NCBI GenBank assembly: GCA_963833095.1
Contig: CAWHWQ010000004.1
Coordinates: 128,001-192,000, forward strand
Source of the DNA: Vulcanimicrobiota bacterium
GTDB lineage: Bacteria; Vulcanimicrobiota; Vulcanimicrobiia; Vulcanimicrobiales; Vulcanimicrobiaceae
DNA length: 64,000 nucleotides
Reading direction: 5' to 3'
Shown: piece after piece, positions 18,986-27,748 of the stretch
Layout: each line of letters opens with the position of its first letter
How positions within the stretch are numbered: position 1 is the first letter of the stretch
The notes under the pieces: model-generated
Seen by the model: the letters and a program-made list of their open reading frames with translations, nothing else
Database searches by the model: none
Told to the model about the DNA's origin: nothing
Made by a program: the position numbers and the translations under genes

Positions 18986-20158
18986 ATGCGACTTCGCCAT
19001 ATCGTCAGCCTTACTACAGCTATTCTCGGCGCGTTAATTGCGTCCGCAGGTACTGCAGGCACGACGAACGCACAGACGGCTCCTATCGCGTCACCCGCGA
19101 CACCGTCACCGCAGGAGCCAATTCCGTGGGCAACCGTGTTCCTTAGTGGGGGCGACGGCGATCCTACTGAGGCGGCCCGCGCGCAGCAGCACGTTATTTT
19201 CGTGATGGGCACCGGTGACGCGGCAACGCGGGGCAGGTTGATTTTTTCTGTGATTCAGGGGCTGCGGCAGTACGCGCTCAAGAATGACGCGCAACGCTGG
19301 CTGATCCCCGAACCTGAATGGACGTTGAGTGATTTTGCGAAGACGTGTAACACACGGTGGCAGACAACGATGGGCGCGCTCGTCGTTAGCGTCGTCGCGA
19401 TAGCAAACGGCGGCGAAGACAAGTTCATCTATAAGCGATCCACGACGCAGATTGCCGGCGGCGCATTGTATGCCCGCTGCAACCTCCCCGATCCGCTTCC
19501 ACCTACGAGTACCCAAAAGCCCAAGCTCCCAAATCCGCCAACGGACCTCACGCAGACCGGCGCTCTCTCTAGCCCGACGTGCATGTGGCGAGAAATATTT
19601 CACAGCAAAGCGCCCGTGCAACGTGAAGAGCGAATCGTCTCTGGCGGGTGCTTACCGCCTGCGCCTTCCGCGACGGGCTCGCCGGAGTTCTCCTGGAACT
19701 CGGGGGTCGAATATGCGACCGACACTGTAAAGACGCCGACATTGCTTCCGCCGCTTGCGCTATTGCTGTCCGCGGCAGGCATATGGGAGACATTCGCCCC
19801 ATCGAAGACAAACGGCACCGTGGTCACGGTGTCCGCGAGTCCCAACGCCGTTACGGGCGCTCAGACCACCGTCGCGACAACATCGCAGTCGGTGAGTAAT
19901 CCGTCGACGCTGGGCGGCGTAGCCGTTCCACTGTACGGGAACGCGCTAACGTACACGAGCGGCGCCACATCGATACCTCTCTCCGACGAGCAGAACTGGA
20001 GAGCCGCAAACGGCATAGTCACCTTGCTGTTGCGCGATATGAACTGCACCCTGTCGCCGAAGCCGGCGCCGTCGCCCGAAGCAACGCCGGCACGTTTCCC
20101 TCTCCTGTTGTTGTCAAAGGGACCCGCAGCGCCCACCGCGCCGTTCTGCAAGCAATGA
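18986..20158 (+). CDS. exported hypothetical protein (Pro/Thr-rich, several Cys)
   Basis: Signal peptide MRLRHIVSLTTAILGALIASA; long ORF. Confidence 0.7.
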   Translation: MRLRHIVSLTTAILGALIASAGTAGTTNAQTAPIASPATPSPQEPIPWATVFLSGGDGDPTEAARAQQHVIFVMGTGDAATRGRLIFSVIQGLRQYALKNDAQRWLIPEPEWTLSDFAKTCNTRWQTTMGALVVSVVAIANGGEDKFIYKRSTTQIAGGALYARCNLPDPLPPTSTQKPKLPNPPTDLTQTGALSSPTCMWREIFHSKAPVQREERIVSGGCLPPAPSATGSPEFSWNSGVEYATDTVKTPTLLPPLALLLSAAGIWETFAPSKTNGTVVTVSASPNAVTGAQTTVATTSQSVSNPSTLGGVAVPLYGNALTYTSGATSIPLSDEQNWRAANGIVTLLLRDMNCTLSPKPAPSPEATPARFPLLLLSKGPAAPTAPFCKQ

Positions 20159-20228
20159 GCTGATCTATAAACCAAGAAGGCCCCCAAGTCGTGGAGGCCT
20201 TCTGCGATTCCCGTCGTGGGTCCGTCGC

Positions 20229-20660
20229 TTATGTTTGGGTTTCGTCGGAGAGCTGTGACTGCGCCCAATACGTCGCAGCCACGTTGCTAATCGACTGGGT
20301 CGTTGACGACGCCGTCGACGTTGGTATCGTAACGCCGAACGCATCTTCGTCGCTCGTCGAGCTCGACGAACTCGAGCCGCTCGACTGACCACCGTGATGA
20401 TGGTGGCCGTGTCGTTCCGATTGTAACTGCGCAAGCTGCGATGGGGTAAGGACCGATTCGATTTCGCTCTTGAGTTGCGATGACGAAACGGTTCCGCTTT
20501 GCGCGTTCTGGAGGAACTGGTTGATCTGCGTTTGTTGCGCTTGCGTGAGGTTGAGGCTTGCCAGCGCTGCAGGTAACGTCGGTGTGGTTGATTGCGCCGT
20601 GTTCGGGATACTCGGAATATAGGCTGCTGAACCGATCCCCGAGGTTCCTGAAATATTCAC
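20229..20660 (-). CDS. Ser/Gln/His-rich protein with two LTxxQ motifs
   Basis: GTG start after AAAGGAG; LNLTQAQ and VLTPSQ; HGHHHH; poly-Ser. Confidence 0.65.
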   Translation of the reverse strand: MNISGTSGIGSAAYIPSIPNTAQSTTPTLPAALASLNLTQAQQTQINQFLQNAQSGTVSSSQLKSEIESVLTPSQLAQLQSERHGHHHHGGQSSGSSSSSSTSDEDAFGVTIPTSTASSTTQSISNVAATYWAQSQLSDETQT

Positions 20661-20803
20661 TGAGGTCTCCTTTGTGCGCACGTCGCGCACTAGGTGCTTC
20701 GGCAGCAACGCTGTGAATAGCATAAGTATTTGCTGGGAACCGCGAAACCTGAGAACCTGAGCGTTCGGAGTCACGGGGTCCGCGGTCCGTGCGTTGCCCA
20801 AAC

Positions 20804-21493
20804 ATGCTTCGCATATGCGCGCTCCTGGCGGGCGCTTTGGCTCTTGCGGGGGTTGCCGGAAACGATACGATGGCCCCGCTTTCCCAGTATCTGATGAGTC
20901 CCCGCGTCGAAATCGCCCTCGCGCGCAGCGCGGCGCCGGCCTCGATTTCAACGAATGCGACGATCATGGTTCTCTCCGCGCGTGGCTACACCGTGGCCCA
21001 AAAAGGCGGGAACGGCTTTACGTGCATCGTCGAGCGGGGTTGGATGGTGCCGTTCGGCCGCGTGAATTTCTGGAGCGTGAAGATGCTCGCCCCGACCTGC
21101 TACAACGCAGCGGCGGCGCGTACCGTGCTTCTCTACACCTTCAAGCGGACGGAAATGGCGCTAGCGGGAGCAAGCAAATCGCAGATCCAGGACCGCATCG
21201 TTGCGGCGATCGACGCCAAGGCACTCCCCACACCGCAGCCCGGCTCGATGGCGTATATGATGTCGAAGTCGCAGTATTTGAACGATGACGCCAAAGCGTG
21301 GTATCCGCACGTAATGATTTACACGTCGATGGATGACAGCGCAAATTCCGGTGCGAGCTGGGGAGCCGACCGCCTGCGCTCGCCCGTCGTCTTCGACGCG
21401 CGGGACAAGATGCCCGAGCCCTGGTCGTGCTTCTTCATTCCCGTCTCGCACTGGTCCGACGGCTCGCCCGCGCCCCTGTATTCGGGCACGTGA
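20804..21493 (+). CDS. exported conserved hypothetical protein
   Basis: Signal peptide; EIALARSAAP...NGFTCIVERGW...PTCYN...YMMSKSQYL...PHVMIY. Confidence 0.75.
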   Translation: MLRICALLAGALALAGVAGNDTMAPLSQYLMSPRVEIALARSAAPASISTNATIMVLSARGYTVAQKGGNGFTCIVERGWMVPFGRVNFWSVKMLAPTCYNAAAARTVLLYTFKRTEMALAGASKSQIQDRIVAAIDAKALPTPQPGSMAYMMSKSQYLNDDAKAWYPHVMIYTSMDDSANSGASWGADRLRSPVVFDARDKMPEPWSCFFIPVSHWSDGSPAPLYSGT

Positions 21494-21553
21494 CGCCTGC
21501 CACTAGACGCTATAATTAGCGCGTGGTGGTGGGACCTGCTATAATGAGCGTAT

Positions 21554-21976
21554 ATGACCACCCTGGCCCTGGCGCCGTCCGCCATCGATTTCGCGCGGTC
21601 CCCCGCGAAGCTCAAGGCCCTTTCGCCCACCGCGATCCGCACGTTTAAGGATATCGCCACGCATTGGGCGCTCGCGCCGATCGAGCAGCGCATTCTGCTG
21701 GGCGTGCTTCCGCAGTCGACCTACACCAAGTACATGCGCGATCCTGACTCGGCGCTGCTCTCGTACGACACGCTGCAGCGTATCTCGATGCTGCTCGGCA
21801 TCTTCAAGGCCATCAACATTCTTCTGCCCGACGCGCAGCTCGCCGACGCCTGGATCAGCGCACCCAACGCGCATCCGCTGTTCAAAGGAAAGAGCGCGAA
21901 AGAACTGCTGCTCGACGGTTCGTTCGAAAGTCTCTCGGCGGTGCGCGCGTATCTCGACACGCAGCGCGGATGGTAG
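21554..21976 (+). CDS. Xre/MbcA/ParS antitoxin
   Basis: LSYDTLQRISMLLGIFKAINIL...WISAPN..LF.G...VRAYLD; coupled to the RES gene. Confidence 0.88.
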   Translation: MTTLALAPSAIDFARSPAKLKALSPTAIRTFKDIATHWALAPIEQRILLGVLPQSTYTKYMRDPDSALLSYDTLQRISMLLGIFKAINILLPDAQLADAWISAPNAHPLFKGKSAKELLLDGSFESLSAVRAYLDTQRGW

Positions 21977-22605
21977 CGCGCTTCCGTAAGAAGCATACCT
22001 TTCGGGTCATCGCGCATCGCCGCAACGAAGAACGCATCGCCGACCGTCTTCCCTCGGTCACCGATCGTGCCGCGCTGGATGAAATCGAAGCGATAACCAA
22101 CCCGCGCCGGAAATTCCCCAGCAGCGACAGCAACGACATGGTCATCGCGTCATTCGTCTATTCCGGTGCGAGCCGCTTCACCGACGGCAGCTACGGTGTC
22201 TACTATGCGGCCTTCGAGCAGCGCACGGCGATCGCCGAATCGGCCTATCACACCGCGCGCTTTCTCGCCTACACCAACACGCGGCCGACGCTGGTCTACA
22301 AGCGCGTGCTCACCGCCAATATCAGGGGCGCGTATGACGACATCCGTGCGACCCCGCTGGACGACCCCATCTACGATCCCGATCCGGAAAAATACGCTGC
22401 GGCGCAAGCCTACGCGTTGCAGCTCTACGCGGCCGACGCCGTCGACGGCATCGTCTACACCAGCGTGCGCGCGGCGGACGGCACCTGCGTCGTCGCGTTT
22501 CGCCCGCGGCTGATCTCGGACTGCACTACCGCCGGCTTCCTTGCTTTTAGCTACGACGGCACGCGCATCGACGATATGTTCGCTATCGAATCCCTGACGA
22601 TTTGA
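21970..22605 (+). CDS. RES domain toxin (NAD+ phosphorylase family)
   Basis: SRFTDGSYGVYYAA, AIAESAYH and GIVYTSVR (R-E-S residues). Confidence 0.9.
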   Translation: MVARFRKKHTFRVIAHRRNEERIADRLPSVTDRAALDEIEAITNPRRKFPSSDSNDMVIASFVYSGASRFTDGSYGVYYAAFEQRTAIAESAYHTARFLAYTNTRPTLVYKRVLTANIRGAYDDIRATPLDDPIYDPDPEKYAAAQAYALQLYAADAVDGIVYTSVRAADGTCVVAFRPRLISDCTTAGFLAFSYDGTRIDDMFAIESLTI

Positions 22606-22621
22606 CTAAAATATCCCCACT

Positions 22622-23617
22622 ATGGAATTTACCGAGATCAAAGATACCGCTATTCGCCCTTCGCGCATTGGGCTTGGCACCTGGGCGATCGGAGGGTGGA
22701 TGTGGGGCGGCGCCGACGACGAAGCGGCAATCGACACGATCCATCGGGCGCTCGACGCGGGCATTACCCTGGTCGATACGGCGCCGGCGTACGGGCAGGG
22801 TCACTCCGAAGAAGTCGTCGGCCGCGCGCTCAAAGGCCGGCGCGATAAGGCGATTATCGCCACCAAGGTTGGGCTGGAATGGGACGCGCAGGCCAACATG
22901 CATCGCAACGCGTCCGCTGCGCGCATCCAAAAAGAAATCACCGATTCGCTGCGGCGACTGCAGACCGACTACGTCGACATCTATCAGATCCACTGGCCCG
23001 ATCCCTCAACGCCGATGGAAGAAACCGCCAAGGCGATGCAGGCGCTCTTCGACGCCGGAAACATCCGCGCGATCGGCGTAAGCAACTTTTCTCCCGCCCA
23101 GATGGATGAATTTCGTCGCTACGCGACGCTGCACACGCTGCAGCCGCCGTATAATCTTTTTGAGCGCGAGGCAGAGAAAGACGTGCTCCCGTACGGGGTA
23201 TCGCATGGGCTGACGGCGCTGACCTACGGCGCGCTGTGCCGCGGGTTGCTCAGCGGTAAGATGCGCACCGGCACCGTGTTTAGCGGCGACGATCTGCGCC
23301 GTAGCGATCCGAAATTCCGGCAGCCGCGGTACGGCCAATACTTGCGCGCAGTCGACCGGCTCGACGCGCTCGCGCAGGCGAAATTCGGTAAGCGCGTGAT
23401 TCATTTGGCGCTTCGCTGGGTGCTCGATCAACCCGGCGTCGGGAGCGCACTCTGGGGCGCGCGTCACCCCGACCAAGTGGATCCGATCTCCGCGGTATTC
23501 GATTTTTCGCTCGATGATGCAACGAAAGCGCAGATCGACAAAATCGTCGCCGAAGAGGTGACGTCGCCGGTCGGCCCCGAGTTCATGGCGCCGCCGCAGA
23601 CGGTGGCTACATCATGA
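22622..23617 (+). CDS. aldo/keto reductase
   Basis: GLGTWAIGG, DTAPAYG, SLRRLQTDYVDIYQIHWPD and IGVSNF. Confidence 0.93.
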   Translation: MEFTEIKDTAIRPSRIGLGTWAIGGWMWGGADDEAAIDTIHRALDAGITLVDTAPAYGQGHSEEVVGRALKGRRDKAIIATKVGLEWDAQANMHRNASAARIQKEITDSLRRLQTDYVDIYQIHWPDPSTPMEETAKAMQALFDAGNIRAIGVSNFSPAQMDEFRRYATLHTLQPPYNLFEREAEKDVLPYGVSHGLTALTYGALCRGLLSGKMRTGTVFSGDDLRRSDPKFRQPRYGQYLRAVDRLDALAQAKFGKRVIHLALRWVLDQPGVGSALWGARHPDQVDPISAVFDFSLDDATKAQIDKIVAEEVTSPVGPEFMAPPQTVATS

Positions 23618-23716
23618 CCTAAGTTCGAAACACAACTTTAACGCGCCGTCCATTGCTTCGACTCCATCGTCGTTGGGTAAAGTACCGATAATAAAGGTGG
23701 GACGAGGTGATCCGAG

Positions 23717-24037
23717 ATGGCTCTGGTTAGAGCAGTCGCGCTGCTCCTTTTTCTAAACGCGCTTTCGACCACCCAAGGGTTGGCGCAAAGCAAACCCGTG
23801 TGGCAAACGCCGGCTGACACGATTGCGGTCCTGAGCACCAGCGGCAATGCCGGCTTCAGTTACGCGCTGCTGCGCGACGGCTCGATGCGAAACCACAATA
23901 CCTACTGCGTTACGATTGGCGCGCACATCGGCAAGCTGCGGGTCGTCTCCATCGGACCTAAGGGTGTCGTGCTTTCGAATGGTCGCTTGTTGCCGACCAC
24001 CCTCGTCGCAACCGGGCAGGCGATTAGCCCTCCCTAA
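23717..24037 (+). CDS. exported PilP/GspC-HR-like small protein
   Basis: Signal peptide; VTIGAHIGKLRVVSIGPKGVVL pattern; directly upstream of the secretin. Confidence 0.5.
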   Translation: MALVRAVALLLFLNALSTTQGLAQSKPVWQTPADTIAVLSTSGNAGFSYALLRDGSMRNHNTYCVTIGAHIGKLRVVSIGPKGVVLSNGRLLPTTLVATGQAISPP

Positions 24038-24052
24038 CCCAATCACCGCCAG

Positions 24053-25579
24053 ATGGCGGCATTTTCAAAGGTTGCGCTCGTCGTTGCGTTGCTTTCCCTT
24101 GTACCGTTCCACGTCGCATCGGCCGCTACCGAGGAGCTCTTGTCGTATCGCACCTCGCCTGCGGCCGACGGCAGCGTGCGGCTTGAACTCGACTTTGACG
24201 GACCCGCGCCGGCCACGCAAGTTATTCACTCGGTCCGCGACGATGCAAAGGTGGTCCTCGTCGGCGTCCAACGCGGCCCCGATCTTCCGGCAACGATTGC
24301 GCCGGGCGGAACGATGAAGGGCGGCAGCATCTCTGCCTTCGCGCACATCGGCCTGCTCGTCGACCTGCAGTTGACCAAGGACGTTCGCCCGCACACGGAA
24401 AGTTTCGGCAATCGGGTCATCGTGCATATTCCCGCCGGCGCAAGCGATGAGGAAGCGCACGTCGTCGTCGCAACGCAAGCGCACGCTCAAGGTGTAACGA
24501 TCATTCGCCTCTCCTACGCCGACGTCAGCGAAGTTGCGGGCTTGATCAAGGGCGGCGTCGTCGTTCCCTCGGTCGATCAGTTTACCGCGACGTCACCTTT
24601 TGCGCCGCCCACGCCACCCCCGAATAGCTCGTTCTCCAGCTCGTCCTCGCAAGGAGCGACCAACCAGACGCCGACGTACGTCACGATTCCGACCGGCTCG
24701 CTCATCCCCAAGGATACCGCGCAAGGAGTCTTCATCAACGACAACGTCTCCGTCGACCGGCGACTCAATGCCGTCATCCTGCGCGGTACACCCGAAGAGA
24801 TCGCGCCGTACCAGCGGATGATCGCGTTGGTCGATACGCCGCGGCGCAGCGTGCTGCTCGAAACGCAAGTCGTCGAGTTGACTGAGACCGGAGCCTACGA
24901 TTTGGGCATCAACTATTCGCCCAGCGGAACGCTTGCGACCGCGACGTTCAGTGCCGGCAATACGCTGCCGGTCGGAACGGCCGCCGGCGGCGTTACCGGC
25001 GCCACGACCCAACCGCTCGCCAGCGTTTCGCTCGGCGCGCAGTTGTTGGCCTTGCAGCAAAAAGGCCAAGCCAAGATTCTCGCGCAGCCGCGCATTCTCG
25101 CTGCCGACAATCGCATCGCTGCCATCCTCTCTGGCGAAGCGGTGCCGATCTTCAATAACGTGCTGGTTCCCTCAGGCGGTACGACGCTGATTCAGCAGCA
25201 GATTCAATACATCAATGTCGGCGTCTCCTTGGAGATTCTGCCGCGCATCTCTGCCGACGGCAACGTCACCGTCGACGTGTTCTCGGAAGTATCGAACATC
25301 GTGTCGTACATCGGCACCACCCCGCAAATCGCGGTGCGCCAAGAACTTACCACCGCTTCCGCCGGCGACGGCCAGTCGATCTTGATGGGCGGCTTGATGC
25401 AAGACCAGGAGATCAAAACGCTCAGCAAGATTCCGGGGATCGGCGATTTGCCGATCATCGGCCCGCTGTTCCAGCAGACCGTGAGTTCGAGTCAAAAGAC
25501 GAACCTCTACCTCGTCATCACGCCGCACATACTGACAAAGACCTCCACCGCGGACCGTCCGCCCACAACACCACCCTAA
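24053..25579 (+). CDS. secretin (PilQ/GspD family)
   Basis: N3-like IIRLSYADVSEVA..VDRRLNAVILRG; KILAQPRI, YINVGVSLEILPRI, KIPGIGDLPIIGPLF, LYLVITPHI. Confidence 0.92.
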   Translation: MAAFSKVALVVALLSLVPFHVASAATEELLSYRTSPAADGSVRLELDFDGPAPATQVIHSVRDDAKVVLVGVQRGPDLPATIAPGGTMKGGSISAFAHIGLLVDLQLTKDVRPHTESFGNRVIVHIPAGASDEEAHVVVATQAHAQGVTIIRLSYADVSEVAGLIKGGVVVPSVDQFTATSPFAPPTPPPNSSFSSSSSQGATNQTPTYVTIPTGSLIPKDTAQGVFINDNVSVDRRLNAVILRGTPEEIAPYQRMIALVDTPRRSVLLETQVVELTETGAYDLGINYSPSGTLATATFSAGNTLPVGTAAGGVTGATTQPLASVSLGAQLLALQQKGQAKILAQPRILAADNRIAAILSGEAVPIFNNVLVPSGGTTLIQQQIQYINVGVSLEILPRISADGNVTVDVFSEVSNIVSYIGTTPQIAVRQELTTASAGDGQSILMGGLMQDQEIKTLSKIPGIGDLPIIGPLFQQTVSSSQKTNLYLVITPHILTKTSTADRPPTTPP

Positions 25580-25642
25580 ATCCCGGGTCGAATGGCTGGC
25601 CAAGCTGGTTGATGGTCCTCCGAAGTGTGCATACTGTAAGAG

Positions 25643-27343
25643 GTGACCGAAACTACCAAGAATCGCGATCAAGCGCGATTGACCTTACTTGTACGCGCAG
25701 GCGACATTTTTCATCAATCGCTCGACGTAACCGCGACGCTTAACAACGTCGCGCGTCTTGCGGTCGAATCGTTCGCCGACCTGTGCCTGTTCGATCTCCT
25801 CGACGACCGCTCGGAACGACTTTTCGTCACTGCGGCAGCGCATCGCGATCCCTCGAAGGAAGATGCGCTCGCCGGCGTCTCGAGCTTACTCTACATCGAG
25901 GAGTTCGGCGTGCATCCCGTCGTCCAAGTCACGCAAACGGGAAATCCCTTCTTCCTCGCGCACATCGACGAGGCAACGCTCATTGGGCATGCCGCATCGC
26001 GTCAACACGAGCAATACATGCGCCGGCTCAACTATCGCTCGAAGATCGTCGTCCCGGTCGTGGCCCAGAATCGTATCTTCGGCGCGCTGACGTTCGTGCG
26101 CACGCAGGAAGACAATGAATTCGATCTCGGTGACCTCACGTTTGCAATCGAGCTTGGGCGGCGCGCCGGACTTGCCGTTGCAAACGCAAAGCAATTTCAC
26201 CGCGAGCAATATGTTGCCGAGACGCTCCAGCGCTCGTTTCTGCCGCGGCGCTTTCCCTCGCGTCCGGGGATGGAGCTAAGCGCGCATTATCGTCCCGGCT
26301 TAACCGAAGCGGCCGTAGGCGGCGACTGGTACGACGCGTTCGAGAACGGTGCCGGCGAAATCGTCGTAACGATCGGCGACGTCACCGGCAAGGGCGTCGT
26401 GGCTGCGCGGCTGATGGTCCTCACGCGTCAAGCGATTCGCGTGGCCGCGCTCGATCACAGCGATCCACGCAAGCTCGCCGACGTCTGCAATCGCTTGTTG
26501 CTGGCCGAAGATGACGACCGTTTGGCCAGCGCGTTTATCGGCGTCATCGATCCTGGCACGGGCATGCTTCGCTACGTATCGGCCGGTCACGTCCCGCCTC
26601 TGCTGCGACTTCCCGACGGCGACGTGCAGCGTCTCAAGGAGCCTTCCGCGCCGCTTGGCGCGTTTTGGGATGTCGAGTTTGAACTGCATGAACTTCGGTG
26701 CCCGCCGCGCAGTATGCTGGTGCTCTATACCGACGGCCTTGTCGAAGCCTCGCGCGACGTGCTTGCGGGCGAAGCCATGCTGAAATCGGTTCTCTCGAGT
26801 GACGCCGTCCTCTACGCCTCGAATCCGGCTGAGTTCGTCGAGCGCGCGATCGCCGGCCAGACCCCGCGCGACGACATCGCCGTCATCGTCGTCAACTTCG
26901 CGCAGACCACGATGCGCTGGCAATTTGAAGCCGCCGATTCGCGTTCGGCGTACACCATGCGCGACGAATATTTTCGCAGCCTGCTCCGTTGGAGCGAAGC
27001 CGACGATGACCAACTCTCGGTGTGCGGGCTAATCTTTGCCGAACTCATCGGCAATGCCGTGCGGCACGCGGCGGGACCGCTAAGCGCGTCGCTCGAGGTT
27101 CGCGGCGATGCCATTGTGCTGCACGTGATCGACGAGGGCCCGGGATTCGACTTCGTGCCCGCGCTGCCTCGCAATCTCTGGGCCGAGTCCGGCCGCGGCC
27201 TTTACCTCATTCAAAGGCTTTCACGCGGTGTGCGCGCGGAACGGCTTCCCGGACGCGGAAGCCACGTCGCGGTGACCCTTCCGGTTGAGTGCGACCACCG
27301 CGAAATGCGGCCGCCGCATCTTTACACGCTTGCACATGGCTAG
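25643..27343 (+). CDS. GAF + SpoIIE (PP2C) phosphatase + RsbW-like HATPase fusion
   Basis: VGGDWYD, GDVTGKG, SAGHVPP, LYTDGL, RDDIA; ELIGNAVRH, DEGPG, ESGRGLYLI. Confidence 0.9.
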   Translation: MTETTKNRDQARLTLLVRAGDIFHQSLDVTATLNNVARLAVESFADLCLFDLLDDRSERLFVTAAAHRDPSKEDALAGVSSLLYIEEFGVHPVVQVTQTGNPFFLAHIDEATLIGHAASRQHEQYMRRLNYRSKIVVPVVAQNRIFGALTFVRTQEDNEFDLGDLTFAIELGRRAGLAVANAKQFHREQYVAETLQRSFLPRRFPSRPGMELSAHYRPGLTEAAVGGDWYDAFENGAGEIVVTIGDVTGKGVVAARLMVLTRQAIRVAALDHSDPRKLADVCNRLLLAEDDDRLASAFIGVIDPGTGMLRYVSAGHVPPLLRLPDGDVQRLKEPSAPLGAFWDVEFELHELRCPPRSMLVLYTDGLVEASRDVLAGEAMLKSVLSSDAVLYASNPAEFVERAIAGQTPRDDIAVIVVNFAQTTMRWQFEAADSRSAYTMRDEYFRSLLRWSEADDDQLSVCGLIFAELIGNAVRHAAGPLSASLEVRGDAIVLHVIDEGPGFDFVPALPRNLWAESGRGLYLIQRLSRGVRAERLPGRGSHVAVTLPVECDHREMRPPHLYTLAHG

Positions 27344-27420
27344 CACCGGCAGCAATACCTACCGCTGCCATTTTTAAGGCACAAACGCGGCTCGCTCGTC
27401 TGCTCCCTTTGGCCTAGCCG

Positions 27421-27711
27421 ATGATTACTTTGGCCCAACTGGTAAGATCGAGACGTTTTGCCGCGAATAGAGCGTGTATGACTAGCATCGAAGCTTCGCT
27501 CAGCCCGGCAGAACGTGGCGTCTTGCAGAAACTTTTGGACGGACTTCGCAATCAAGATATTGCGGAGCGGTTACGGCTTTCCGACAAGACCGTGAAGAAT
27601 CATATCTCGCACATCTTACGCAAAACCGGAACCACGTCGCGCCTCGAGTTGACGATCAAAGTCTATAAGCAGCGCGAACGCGCGCTGCGCCGCCGCCTCA
27701 CGGCTGCCTGA
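27421..27711 (+). CDS. stand-alone LuxR HTH regulator
   Basis: LSPAERGVL..LLDGLRNQDIAERLRLSDKTVKNHISHILRK; start may be ATG 27478. Confidence 0.85.
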   Translation: MITLAQLVRSRRFAANRACMTSIEASLSPAERGVLQKLLDGLRNQDIAERLRLSDKTVKNHISHILRKTGTTSRLELTIKVYKQRERALRRRLTAA

Positions 27712-27748
27712 CAGGGGAGCGACCGCCGCCCTGACGGAACTAGGCTAC

